Below, piece after piece: positions 35,199 to 47,966 of a stretch of 64,000 bases of DNA (positions within the stretch are counted from its first letter, which is position 1; each line of letters opens with the position of its first letter). Below the pieces are notes generated by a model. The model searched no databases and was not told the origin of the DNA. It saw only the letters and a list, made by a program, of their open reading frames with translations. The translations under genes and the position numbers were made by a program. The stretch comes from Octopus bimaculoides (Eukaryota): NCBI RefSeq assembly GCF_001194135.2, contig NC_068981.1, positions 53,832,025-53,896,024 of the forward strand. The letters are read 5' to 3'.

Positions 35199-35786
35199 AC
35201 ACACACATACACACAACTATATATGTTGCTCAATGCTTGAAATGGGGAGTAGATAGACAACCGACAACTGATGAAGGGTCGTTTTTTATGTTACTTGTCC
35301 TGTTTTCCATTTGTTTCTCTCCTTGTTTGCATATTAAACTCATTTGCTTTCGTACTTCATGTTGTTTATTGTTGGTGACGTCCTGTACCCATTATATGCA
35401 TTTGTATATTTATATACATATATATCGAACATTAGGCCTCACCGAGGCAATGACTAGTGACCGAGACTTGTGGAAATATGCTTTGCGTGAGAAGACCAAG
35501 CAAGACAAGAGAGACTATAACCAAGTGGCCTAGCATTGGTTTTAAATTGAATTAATATTCAATTTATCACCCTATCTATATAAATAATAATTTAAATAGT
35601 TATGTTCTCCAGCCGGCAACATATACTGCAGTGAATTATTCTCTGCAGAATTGTTTCCGGAATTTTGCGCACCAGTGCTGAGGCATTTTGAAAAATAGCC
35701 CCAATGTAATCGGTAGAACTATATGCAAGTCTTATTTTATGAAGACAATTCGTGTATAGTTCTGCAAATTATATTGATTCTAGAAC

Positions 35787-35858
35787 GTCTATACTGATGA
35801 GAACACGGATGTTGTTACGTAAGTAAAACGTTAATGTTCGAAACTGCAGTACATAGAT
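35787..35858 (+). ncRNA. Minimal type I hammerhead ribozyme motif
   Basis: Stem I GTCTATA/CATAGAT (6 of 7; C.A at 1.1-2.1), CTGATGA (35794-800), stem II GAACA/TGTTC, GAAA (35840-43), palindrome ACTGCAGT, GTA triplet (35849-51). Confidence 0.75.
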
Positions 35859-36052
35859 AATTCTTTATTCTGTATATTTCTCATTTTGTCCAGTTCTGGT
35901 GTTTTGCAAAATTTTTCTGGATAACATTATTTTTCTTTGTGGTTGGGTCGTTGATGACCTCTTTCTAGCATATTGGATGTCCACCTAGTGGTCATCCCTT
36001 ATACACGTGTAATACAATTTTTTCAACAATTTCATTGTTGTTGCGTGTTTAT

Positions 36053-36295
36053 CACCATCATCGTTTGATGTCTGCTATCCAAGCTGGCATGGGCTGGACA
36101 GTTTGACAGGAGCTAGCCAGGCAGGAGCTTACACCACACTTCTGTGTCTGTTTTGGCAGAGTTTTTGCAGCTGGATGCCCTTCTTAACACCAACCACCCA
36201 GCAGAGTGAACTGAGTGCTTTTTACGTGGCACAAGTGCTGACAAGGTCAGTTTTAGCAAGATTTTTACAGTTGGATGCCCTTCCAAATGCCAACC
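36053..36295 (-). mobile_element. RTE 3' tail fragment
   Basis: CATCATCGTTTGATGTCTGC...GCAGCTGGATGCCCTTCTTAAC. Confidence 0.75.
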
Positions 36296-37539
36296 TATAT
36301 ATATATATATATATATATATTGCTGATATTCCACAGGCAGCCTTTGACTTTTTCAATCCAAAGAGGTTTTTAACCCAATATTTACACAATAGTATAGAGC
36401 TTTTCTGCTTCAAGATCCAACATTTCAAAAAAGATATATATGCTACCATTTTGTGGTACCAGTTTTAATGACAAAACTTTGAAATAAATAGTCACTATCA
36501 ATATAAAATATTATTTGAACTAACTGCATTTAAATCCTTTATTCGGTGCATGTTTAGTATATCAATTACACAAAACTATTAAGCAAACACACACACACAC
36601 ACATATATAAAAGTCTGATGCTCTACTGACTAAGCTATGCAGATCTGATACACATGCATACACACACACAGTGGCAGTCAACTCATTTATGTATACAACC
36701 ACTTCTTAGAGATGGATTGCACTTCTTAAAGAACAGCAGTAATGAAGGAATGCAGGCAGACATACAGACAGACAGACAGATATATACATAACTAACTAAT
36801 TACATTAGTTACTTGTTGTCCTCACCCATAGTCACACTTCATTCTGCTCTTCTTTTTTCAAATTCTTAGCCTATGTTTTTAATTCCTAGTTACCATTTTT
36901 ACTTCCTCACAGTTCAATGTGTCTCTGAGATTTCCATTACACACCAAATGAATCATACAACTATCTTTATTTGTTGTCAGATGCTTGTATCCATTTTACA
37001 GTGCACTATAATATTTCCAACACATGCGAAACCTTTTTCCTGTTTCTACATGTATGCAAGGATAATATATGTGCATATGTGAATATATGGGTGTGTAGTT
37101 ATGTGTGTATATAATCACCCTCATATTAGTTATATATGTGTTTACATATACATTCATACACACAAGCCTTCTATCCCAAGATTAATTGTTGCTTTTTCTT
37201 TTTCACTCCGTAAATATTATTATTAATAACAATTAATAGTTCTACTTAGGAATTACTTTTGTACAAACAAATCTAGCTTGCCTAATGGTTTGTTTATAAT
37301 CTCTAGATTTTTGGTGGTATATAAGGATTTTGTAAATTCTCTTGATCTTTTCATTTATATTTTCTCTCGTTATTTTCATTACTTAGAATTAGTTAAAGAA
37401 ACATAACTTCAATGATAACCATACATTGTGGACATTCATTTGAACAAATTGTATATATTGTACAAATCAGTGATAAGAAAATGAAACGAAAGAGGTTTTT
37501 CACAGTGTTCAGAGCATTAAGTTTCTATAAAGCTGCTTC

Positions 37540-38720
37540 TACAGTATAGATGGCGTCTGTAAGTTTTGAAAAATATGGAGAGTTCTTCTGGGGGCAGAAG
37601 ATGAAGAACATCTTCTGAAATGGCTGTGAAGTCCAATCCTTGGTTGCAGATCTGGCATATAAAGGCCAGTGCATCTTTTGTGGATTTTCTATGGAATGAT
37701 GTATCTTTCTCATGATAGTGTTGTTAATTCAGGTTTTATGAATGTTTTTCTTTGCCTTTTAATCTCTGTAATATTTACTGCTTCCGTAGAGTTTGGTTAC
37801 CTGCAGTTGCTTCCCAGGTTATAGAGTTGTGTTTATCACATTTTTGTTATGCTTGTACACATCTTTATTTTGCAGATGTGAGCAACTTTTGTCTCTTAAT
37901 TCAGAAGCCAGTTCACCAAATAGGTCTTTAGGAAATCAACCATTGACTATACAATGGACATGTTTAAGTCATCAAAGTTGGCAGAGGAAGCAAAAATGAA
38001 GCAATTCCTTCCCTGGTAGTATGTTGGCACTGCAGATCTTGTCCTATTATTTGATCCAAAAAATTCTGCACAGGCACTTCTTATGAGGCATGTAAAGCTT
38101 GTGTTTTTGTGAAGAGTTTGTCTATGACTACTGCCATACACGTGTGCTAAAGTCAGGGGTTTGAGAACATCTCAACCTTGGTAAATATTCTAAGCGGTTT
38201 ATTCTCTCATAGTTTCTTAGTACATCTTGGGAGAATAGTAGCTATTGTACCAGTGTTCTTCTTCAGTTTTGCACCTATAACGGGGTTATCAGTAGTAGTG
38301 AAACTATGATATTGAAACTCATGTGTCATATTCAGTTCATCTTATTTGGTTTTTAATCAAAGAAGAGATGAAATTCTTCATTCCATGATTTAGGTCTTCT
38401 TGATACTGATTATGTGATCAAATAGGTTTCAAGTTCCTGTTAAGAGTCCCTCTGGGGGAGGAAGATGATGAAGTTGCCTTCTCAGAGTTTGAGGAGATAA
38501 CTACATCATCAGAAAACAGCATGTTCTTTATCTTAGGTTTGACTTTTAGCCTGTGTGTAATGTAGAGCTGACCATCAGACCTTGAGCGAAGGCAAATACT
38601 ATCAATTAAAGACTTGAATGAGTATTTCAGAAACAACACAAAAAAGATTAAAATTGTCAGGGCAAGGAACACATCCTTGCTTGATTGTTCTCCCATCCAA
38701 ATTCTCTAAACATAGATTCA
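37540..38720 (-). pseudogene. Decayed BovB/RTE-1-like LINE (RT C-terminal half to 3' end)
   Basis: - strand: DVFLALTILIFFVLFLKYSF..SICLRSRSDGQLYITHRLKVKPKIKNMLFSDD (cf. CVLAPTLF..RTDGKLFN..LFADD), then PKDLFGELAS, then a terminal zinc finger FICQICN..IGLHSHFRRC. Many stops and frameshifts. Weak similarity may extend to ~39470. Confidence 0.82.
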
Positions 38721-39813
38721 TCTCCAGCTACAGAATTAGTTTCCAATAAATAATGCAAACTATCTGTTCTATGTATATCTAACAGTATCAACTATCATAG
38801 TTATTTCAAGTTAGTTATTATTGAATTAGATTCATGAAGAAGGAAAGCAATCATGAAGCAGTGGCATTATAACACATAACTAGAAGTCAGTTAGTGAGTA
38901 CATGGGTATTTTCACATAATGGTGGGCCTACACCTCTAAGAGCAGACCACCACTTGAGTTCTTGATAAGTTTTAACCTTGAGCCACAAGAGCCCAGGAAG
39001 TATTACCTAAATCTTGTTTCTAGAGAGGTTATGTACTGTTAAAGGAAGACTCACATGCTCAGTTGTCCCTTTCATATAACTCCCAGCAGTGAAAATCTGA
39101 AAGTTGGAAAGTAACAAGCTCACAGTTCATGTACAAGATACATCACATTTATCTCACACTTTATTAACAACAACCATTTTTGAAACAGTATATTTGTAAC
39201 ATATTTATATCAACCTGCTAAGACCATAAGAAATTGAAGACAAGTTAGATTTTTGAAGATATTTATCTGTATCAAAGGAGCTGATTTCTTTTTTCAACTT
39301 ACTCTTGCTCTCCCTCTCTCTTCTTTCTTTATTTCAGTAGTCAGAGAAGGATGGATATCACTCCTGACTTTTTCCAAGGCCATTGAGACTAATGGCAACA
39401 AGTTATGCTCAAACAGGAGACCTGGCTTCAATGTTTGCAACAAAGCGCTCTCCTCTAAAGGCATTTTCCAATAGCTAAGATGTTAAATTGGACACTGGAT
39501 TAGATAATCTGCCGAGGAAATATCTATGTATATATGTGTGTGTGTGTGTGTGTGTCACACACTCACACAATCTAATGAGGGTTCCTTTTGTGAGTCACTT
39601 GACTCACTTGCAGCCAAAGTCTCTTCTCAAACCACATTTTACCATCTTAAACAATGCTCACATTGACCAAATATGCTGGCAAAAAGAGATAGTCTGGTCG
39701 CATCTGAAATGCTATAACCATCCTGTCTTTTCTCCAGAATACATAATCCAGATGATCATAGATTTTGCTCAAGACTAACCTAAACAACACATACAATATG
39801 CTCATGCACACTT

Positions 39814-39849
<36 letters not shown>

Positions 39850-41685
39850 CCTTGGTCATTCCTTAAAATATGCAGATCAAAGATTTCTTCAAGTCAAATA
39901 TTTTTCTTTTACACTTCAAAGACTGAGTTACTCTGTGACTGAGAAGAGTTAGCAGAAATGTAATTGAAATATTAGCACCTTACCATTCATTAAAGCTATT
40001 TATTTAAGCAAGATTATTATTGTTTGTTGGGTGGAGAAATTAATAATATCATAGAAAGATGTTCTTTCTTCTTAAAGAAGTTTTATCAGATCATCATTTA
40101 TTTGTTTCATGTGTCTAACGGAAAATTTAATTGTAAGAGACAGATATTGTGTGTCACTCTCAGAAGTTTTGTGATTAAGTGATTAAAATAATTATTGCTG
40201 AAATAATAATATCATTTTTTTTAACAAAAGTTTTATTACAAGTACTGCTATTTATTCCAGTCTAGCTTGTTAAAATAATGATCACACTTTTGCTCTTAAA
40301 GTTAAAGAAGTTGATTTTAACAGAGGATCTCCAAACAAATAAGTAAAATAGAAATTTTGATCTTTTATATGAAAGCAACAGTTTTTATAAGTATTGTTGT
40401 TGTTGTTTAACAGCACATTGACTTTGATTGGACAACACTATGATCAAAAGCATTCTAGCTATGCCTTTTTTGTTATTTTTTATTTTTGCTTGTTGGGTTT
40501 TTTTTTCAGCACTGTTCCAATTCTGCATTATGCAATCTTTCTTTAAGATGGTGTGGTATGATTTTTAAAAAATTTGACTACCATTTCTAGCAAATCAAAG
40601 TGACCACATAGAAGCTCCTTCCCAAGGATCTTTCATTTTTTAATTGGCCACTGTCCAATGACTGTGGTTATGTTGGGGCACCACCTTGAAGGATTTTTAG
40701 TTGAACAAATCAACCCCAGTATTTAATTTTTTAAGTTTGTTACTTTTGTACTTATTCTATGTCCACATATAGCAAAACATTTGCTATGTTTTTGGATCCC
40801 TACCCCAAGATCACAGATAGAACCTGCTTTTTATATTATGTACAAGCCTTTCATATGTCTTAACATCTCTTATATATTTATATATATTTTATTACTTTAT
40901 ATATTTTTTCTGTATATTATTTTTCACTCATTATAATTGTGTAACTTATACACATGTAGTCTATACCTAATGTATATGTGTGTGCAAATATACATGTGTA
41001 CGAATGNNNNNNNNNNNNNNNNNNNNNNNNNNNNNNNNNNNNNNNNNNNNNNNNNNNNNNNNNNNNNNNNNNNNNNNNNNNNNNNNNNNNNNNNNNNNNN
41101 NNNNNNNNNNNNNNNNNNNNNNNNNNNNNNNNNNNNNNNNNNNNNNNNNNNNNNNNNNNNNNNNNNNNNNNNNNNNNNNNNNNNNNNNNNNNNNNNNNNN
41201 NNNNNNNNNNNNNNNNNNNNNNNNNNNNNNNNNNNNNNNNNNNNNNNNNNNNNNNNNNNNNNNNNNNNNNNNNNNNNNNNNNNNNNNNNNNNNNNNNNNN
41301 NNNNNNNNNNNNNNNNNNNNNNNNNNNNNNNNNNNNNNNNNNNNNNNNNNNNNNNNNNNNNNNNNNNNNNNNNNNNNNNNNNNNNNNNNNNNNNNNNNNN
41401 NNNNNNNNNNNNNNNNNNNNNNNNNNNNNNNNNNNNNNNNNNNNNNNNNNNNNNNNNNNNNNNNNNNNNTGTAGACATATATATATATATGTATATGTGT
41501 TTATATGTATGTGTACACGTGTGTGTGAGTATGTATATAAATATATACATACATGTGTGTGCGTACATGTATGTGTGTGTATATGTGTGCATATGTGGAT
41601 TCTATGAATGAAGTATTACGTTCACCATGCCTATTGGAGTAATTTCCCTTTATTCAACAGTTTTTTTTTTCATAGCGTTTTGTAT

Positions 41686-41748
41686 TAATAACTGATGAGA
41701 TGCCGGAACAGACTTCAGCCCCGGTATCCGAAACTCTGAGTTTTATTA
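41686..41748 (+). ncRNA. Minimal type I hammerhead ribozyme motif
   Basis: Stem I TAATAA/TTATTA (6 of 6), CTGATGA (41692-98), 8-bp stem II GATGCCGG/CCGGTATC with one extra C, GAAA (41730-33), quasi-palindrome ACTCTGAGT, GTT triplet (41740-42). Confidence 0.72.
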
Positions 41749-41975
41749 TGATAACCAACTGATTGTCACATATTATATTCATATATATATATATATATAT
41801 ATATTTGTGAAAATATAAAAACTCATGTTGTTAAGCAAGTATATTTTTAAAACTTCTGTTTGATCTAAAGGAAGTGAGGCACTTTTCTACATTCTTTTAT
41901 CTTTTCTATCTTTCTTTTATATTTTCTGACAGCCTCTCACAGATGACAGATCTATTGGCTCCTGTTGCTTTTCAG

Positions 41976-42003
41976 GTCAATTTGTTAACAGGGTGACATT
42001 TAG
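41976..42003 (+). CDS. Candidate 28-nt exon (phase 1-2), gene unknown
   Basis: CCTGTTGCTTTTCAG acceptor, TAG|GTATGA donor; one open frame (QFVNRVTF). Confidence 0.2.
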
Positions 42004-43410
42004 GTATGAACCAACCAGTTTGGGCATTTGAAAGAGTTGTAGTAGCTAGCGTCCTACTTACAAATTAATATCTATAGAATAAACACCTGTATCAACACAC
42101 ACATATTTACACCTGGCTGTGAATTGTCTTTAAGTCCATCACATTCTTCAATGTCTCTACAATGCGCTCAACCAGAAAACTAGATTTCATTTCCAATCTT
42201 TTTATCTTTTTTTTGTGTGATTAAAATAAATCGTGCGTCTGCATGCATACCTATATGCGAATCGAGAGAGAGAGATGGGGTGGGAGTGAAGAGAGGAAGG
42301 TGAGAAAATGAAGGAGATTGTGTAACTGTAGATATGTGAAAGATCAGTTGGCACTAGTGGCTTTTCTCTATTGTAATATAAAATATCTGCGCCATTATTC
42401 ACAGTTATTTAGCTATTACCTAATAGTGCATAATGGGCTGTTAGCCTTATGAAATGTTGGCCAGGTGTTTCTTCTGTTTCATAGAGCTTGCACATACATG
42501 CATGACTGTGTATATTTTCACATTTACATACTTCCTTGTACACTTACTCATGCACACAACTATATACTTACACATTTACATATATCTATATACATACACA
42601 CATACACAATGATACATGTTCTCACAATGTATGTACACACACACACACAACCATGTATGCTCCACATTTATGTACGTTTATATAAGCATATACACATAGA
42701 ATAACATACTTCTACATTTACATACATCCATTTACATAGATGACCAACCATATAGATTTTCACAGTCACATTATAACATACACATAATCGCATACACTTG
42801 CACATGTACACTTATCACACATGCATACATATTGATTCTTTCAATAATTTGTTTCTTTCAATTTCTATTTCCTCTTTATTCATTTAATTTCCCTCTTTTT
42901 TTTTCTTTATAATTTTTCTCTATTCCCTCCTCTTCTGCTCTCTTCAGTCTTCTTGTAACTTATTTTCTCTCTTTAATACATATTACACAATCTCTCTTTG
43001 CCTGTCTGTTGTCATTGTTGCACTATGCCACTTTATCACATACACATACACACAAAGTTATCTCTGCTCATTCTACATCTCATTTATACTTGCCTTTTTT
43101 ATTTTTACTGATACAGATCTATTGACCAGTTCTGAATGTTAAAACCCTGCAAACTCTACAGTTGATTCTTTTGAAAGTTGAGCTTTTACTAGTATTTTGA
43201 CTGCTGTTACTGTTTGAAAAAACATACATTATTAGCTGAATATTTTACATAAGAGAATGAGTCTATTATCTCTAAATCTAAAACCTTGACCTTGATAAGA
43301 AGTTTATTTTCACTTCATTAATAAGACAAGCTATCATATTTTTTATTTTAATTTGTAAATAATGTTACATATAAAACCATGTGTGTGTGTATGGTATAAT
43401 TTCTGGTTTT

Positions 43411-43825
43411 CATCATCATCATCGTTTAATGTCCGCCTTCCATGGGTTGGACGATTTGACTGAGGACTGGCGAACCAGAAGGCTGCACCAGGCTCCAATC
43501 TGATCTGGCAAAGTTTCTACAGCTGGATGCCCTTCTTAACGCCAACCATTCTGAGAGTATAGTGGGTGCTTTTACGTGCCACCAGCACGAGGGCCAGTCA
43601 GGCAGTACTGGCAACAGCCACGCTCAAAATGGTGTTTTTTACGTGTCACCAGCACTAGTGCCAGTAAGGCGACGCTGGTAACAATCACACTCAAACGGTG
43701 CTGCCACTGGCACGGAAGCCAGACAGCTGCTCTGGCAATGATCATGCTCGGACGGTGCTCTTAGCGCTCCACTGGCACAGGTGCCAGTCATCGAATTTGG
43801 TTCAATCACAATTTTGATTTCACTT
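43411..43825 (-). mobile_element. RTE 3' UTR fragment
   Basis: (CAT)n tail plus the conserved GGATGCCCTTC motif and internal repeats. Confidence 0.85.
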
Positions 43826-44119
43826 TTATTTTTCAAATTTAAAAAAAAGAGCTGATGTCTAACCCAGAGACAAGAGTCTTTAATTGGAATTTATATAACA
43901 TTAATTAGATGGTCATATATGTGTGTTTATGTAAATATCTGTATGTATATAAAATAAACAGCAGGATCAGAGAAAACTAGTGATGGCCTACTTTGGCAAT
44001 GTGAATTGCCGAACAGACTTCTCATCCTTATGGAAAACCAATTTGTTCTACTTTTAAACTATGTAATATATACACACACATATACATCATCATCACCATC
44101 ATCATTATCCTTTAATATC

Positions 44120-44745
44120 CAAAGGCATTTGAGAGGATGTCACACTCAGTAATTTGGTGGTCATCAAGAAAACCAGATATAGGCAAATCGCTCATAGAAG
44201 CCATACAATTTATATACAAAGATGCAGTAAGTAAAATAAGAATGAACAGTGATTTCAGTGACAAATTTAGTATAAAGATAATAGTCCATCAAGATTCAGT
44301 CCCCAGTCACCTCCTATTCATCATAGTCCTGCAGGCCATCACAAATGAGTTTAAAACTGGTTGTCTATGTAAGCTCCTATATGTTGGTGATCTTGTTCTC
44401 ATAGATGAATTTTTAGTTGAATTAGGAAAATATTGGCATGGAAGCTATACCTAGAATTGATTCCTGGATGGCTCAATAGAAATTGTTAGCTTTTGTTACC
44501 TAGATGTAATCAACAGAGGAGGTGGTTGTTCTGAAAACATAATAACTAGAGTAAGAACAAGTTGGAAAAAGTTCAGTGAGCTTCTGCTGCTTGCTGCTGA
44601 CCACAAAGGTCTTTTCCCTCAGAGAGCTAGGCAGGTTATATGATGCTTGTGTTGGAACTACAATGTTGCATGACAGTGAGACATGAGCCTTGAATGCAGA
44701 GGTTTTGAGAAGACTGGAAAGAAATGAAGTGAGCCTACTCCATCA
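44120..44745 (+). pseudogene. Decayed RTE reverse transcriptase fragment
   Basis: HSVIWW...VHQDSVPSHLLFIIVLQAITNEFKTGCLCKLLYVGD (YADD decayed), then GGGCSENIITRVRTSWKKF...GRLYDACV..MLHDSET..RRLERNE; same family as 11323-12656. Confidence 0.85.
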
Positions 44746-45161
44746 GATTTTTTTTATTGGAGGTTTTTGCAAGGTAGCTTTAAGCCATGGTTATGAATGA
44801 ACACTAGAATAGAAATGTACTTGCAATGATTTACCCTATATACATGGGGTTATTGTGATTATTATCTACTTTTATATTTGTGTTCTCATTTTATTTAAAT
44901 ATGTGGTTGCTTGGAAACATTAAACCAACTTTTTCTCTTCAGAATTTGCAGCCAAAATATTGTTCCTAATGAGAGAATCTCCTTACAGGAAAATTTCTGC
45001 CCTATCTTTTATGGTGATAATTTTTCTCAGACAGCATCATCTCTAACCTAAATTGATAATTTTTACATATTTTGTTGCTTTCTAGGTTCCCTTATACTTG
45101 TCAACTTATTACGCATTTAATTTCATTTTGCTGATACATTCTTTTTTTATTTATTTCATAG

Positions 45162-45208
45162 TTGGAGACAGTAAGGAACCCAGTCAACAAACAGAGCTTT
45201 TTCATAAG
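45162..45208 (+). CDS. Candidate 47-nt exon, gene unknown
   Basis: TTTTTTTATTTATTTCATAG acceptor, AAG|GTATAT donor; two frames open (LETVRNPVNKQSFFI or GDSKEPSQQTELFHK). Confidence 0.22.
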
Positions 45209-45239
45209 GTATATTTCATCTCTTGCCTTTTAATTTATC

Positions 45240-45440
45240 ATCATCATCATAATCATAATCATTGTCATCATCCTTTAACATCCATTTTCCATGCTGCCAT
45301 GGATTGGATGGTTTGATGGGAACTGACAAGCTGGAGAGCTGCACCAGGCTCCAATTGTCTGTTCGGTATGGTTTCTATGGCTGGATGCCCCTCCTAATGT
45401 CAACCATTTTACAGTGTATTTTTTTTGTGTGGCATCAGCA
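45240..45440 (-). mobile_element. RTE 3' tail, decayed
   Basis: (CAT)n, TTTAACATCCATTTTCCATGC...GGCTGGATGCCCCTCCTAATG. Confidence 0.7.
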
Positions 45441-46093
45441 CATAAATTTTGCTAATTGTATCAAAAACAGATATTAGAAGAAATAAATTATGTAGTTAAT
45501 GACCAAGTTGTCATAATGTTTAATTGTAAATCTAATGGATTTTGTGTCCATTTGTTGGGGGGTCTTTTTATCCTGTCTCAGTAATCTGTCAATGCAATTC
45601 ATGTCAGTGAAACCAATGTTGATATAATAACAATGATTATAATGTAATTATCAAACATAAACCTGAGTGTTATGGAGACATCTGATGATGAAGCTTTCTC
45701 TAAAAGTAATAGCATAATAATGACAGTGTAGTTGAAAAAGAAAACAAGGATGCATATTCCATGTATCCCATACAATGATGAGGACAATAATCTATACTGA
45801 CAAAAAGCTTCATGTTTTTAGAGAAGGGATATTGTTTATCAAATTAACCTGAGCACATGATTGGTGCTTATGTTATTTCTCCCAGAATTGTTGTTGGTGG
45901 CGGTGGTAGCGGTGGCGGTTATTTTGGTGTAGTAGTAGTAGTAGTAGTAGTAGTTTCTACTTTGGATACAACAATTTTTGCAAGGAGAGCATTAGTTGAT
46001 AACAATGACTCTAGCCAGTACTTGACTGCTGCTCCATTTAAATGCTTTTATTTATTTGTATTTATTATTTCATTTTGTATATTTCTGAATCAG

Positions 46094-46114
46094 GTAACCA
46101 CTTTGGAGATTATG
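46094..46114 (+). CDS. Candidate 21-nt symmetric microexon, gene unknown
   Basis: TTTCATTTTGTATATTTCTGAATCAG acceptor, ATG|GTAAGA donor; frame-preserving (GNHFGDY or VTTLEIM). Confidence 0.25.
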
Positions 46115-47370
46115 GTAAGATCAAGCTATATGTATATGATCTAGGAATATAAAACTGATTTTAATTTTTGAATCTCTTACAGTTTCATCTGATCATTGCT
46201 CTCAGTCCATCTGCAACTTGTCTATTCACCTTCTTTTGGCATATTTCAAATTGGCCACCTGAGTAATTACTGTACGGGCTAAGGATCTGGTGTGTTTAAT
46301 GTACCACAAGATGACTGAGCCAGTCACGTATGGCAACCATTGTTGATATGATGCCAATCACTTGGGAATATCAAAGTAAAAAACACCAGTGTCTATTTTA
46401 CTAAACCTGTGCTCTTTCACTTTGTTGATTAAGCATTTTTTGTTTTAATAAAAAATCATTTAAATAGAGATTTTGATTGAGTTGTTATATTTTATTATTT
46501 GCATTTATTTTTCTTATAATGCATTATAATATATAAGAGTGATTTGTACACACATACACATTGTTTTGTGCTTTTCATGAGTTTTTTTTTATAGCTTTTT
46601 TCTCTTTGAACTTAAAAAAGGATGAATTATATAAATACAATATACTAAACAAAATTTAGTAATTAAAATAAAAGAATGATTAATTAAATTGCTTTGCTGC
46701 TGGGATGATTTTTTATTTCCCTCCAATATTTATTGTTTTTAACACAGCATATCTACGTTATTTCCAAACAACTATCACAGTAACTGGCCTATCAGCCATG
46801 TATATACATTAAATGTTGACAACATAAACGGTTATTTTAATTTAATAATGCCTCAATTACATCTAGTGGACTTTTATTAAGTTGATGGTTATTCACAACA
46901 TCCAGTGAGACTTTAATTTACTGTTTACTATATCAGAAGTAATGAATTTTCATACAGGCATGTGACTAGCTCTGAGTGCACATCATTGGAAAGGTCTATA
47001 TGCATCAGGTATTCTCACTGGCTACTGTTGAACCGATTTTCCTTTCCTTCTGATGTTTATTGTGTTTTTAACACAACATATTCATAAGAAATATTATTTC
47101 AGGATAAATACTGCAGTAACAGGCCTATCAATAGTGTTTCTACAATAAGTATAATACATAGTTGGCTATTTTAATTTAATATTGCTTCAATTGGACCACT
47201 GAACACAGCACATTTTTTTTCATTCTCTCTCTATTTATTTCCTCTTTATACCTTTTTATTGAAGAGCATAGGCTCCAAACGTAAAAATATTTTCCATTTT
47301 TCCAAAGTGTCAAACTAATACCCTTGCTTGTTGTTCCTACACCTGTCTTTGTTTTTCTATAAATTTGAAC

Positions 47371-47966
47371 TATGGAAGAAGCCTGTGGAAGAGGTAGACC
47401 CAGGAAGAGACATGGGATGAGATGTTGAAGCATGACCTTCGAACGTTGGGCCTCACAGAGGCAATGACAGGAGACTGAGACCTTTGGAGATATGCTATGA
47501 TTGAGAAGACCCAGCAACTAAAGTGAGATCGCAGCCATGGCCAAATGCCAGTGTTTCATGTCCAGCCCATTTAAAAGTACCCTTGATGCATTGGGTGATA
47601 TAATATACTTGAGAAGACCTGTTGAGTCAAGTAAAACCAAAATCGTAGATGTAACCAGTGCCCCCTGACTGGCTCCCATGTCAGTGGCACATAAAAAGCA
47701 CCATTCGAACGTGGGCAATGCCAGTGCCCCCTGACTGGCTCTCGTGCTGGTGGCATGTAAAATAACACTATCCAAACATGATCGATGACAGGCTTGCCTG
47801 ACTGGCTCCTGTGCCAGTGGCCCATTAAAAACACCCACTACACTCTTGGAGTGGTTGGCGTTAGGAAGGGCATCCAACTGTAGAAACCTTGCCAGATCAG
47901 ATTGGAGCCTGGTGCAGCCGCTGGCTTTCCAGACCTCAGACATTAAATAGTGATGATGATGATGAT
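47371..47966 (+). mobile_element. RTE LINE 3' end (ORF end, repeat-containing UTR, (GAT)n tail)
   Basis: GRGRPRK.WDE..KHDLRTLGLTEAMT-like ORF end, three ~62-nt UTR repeats, GGAAGGGCATCC motif, TGATGATGATGAT. Confidence 0.9.

Noticed and set aside
39303-39464. - strand 54-codon ATG-to-donor exon (MPLEESALL...) and an overlapping strong + strand acceptor at 39337
   Set aside because: Position and weak similarity fit the upstream part of the decayed BovB-like LINE; the splice-like signals arise from a CT/AG microsatellite.
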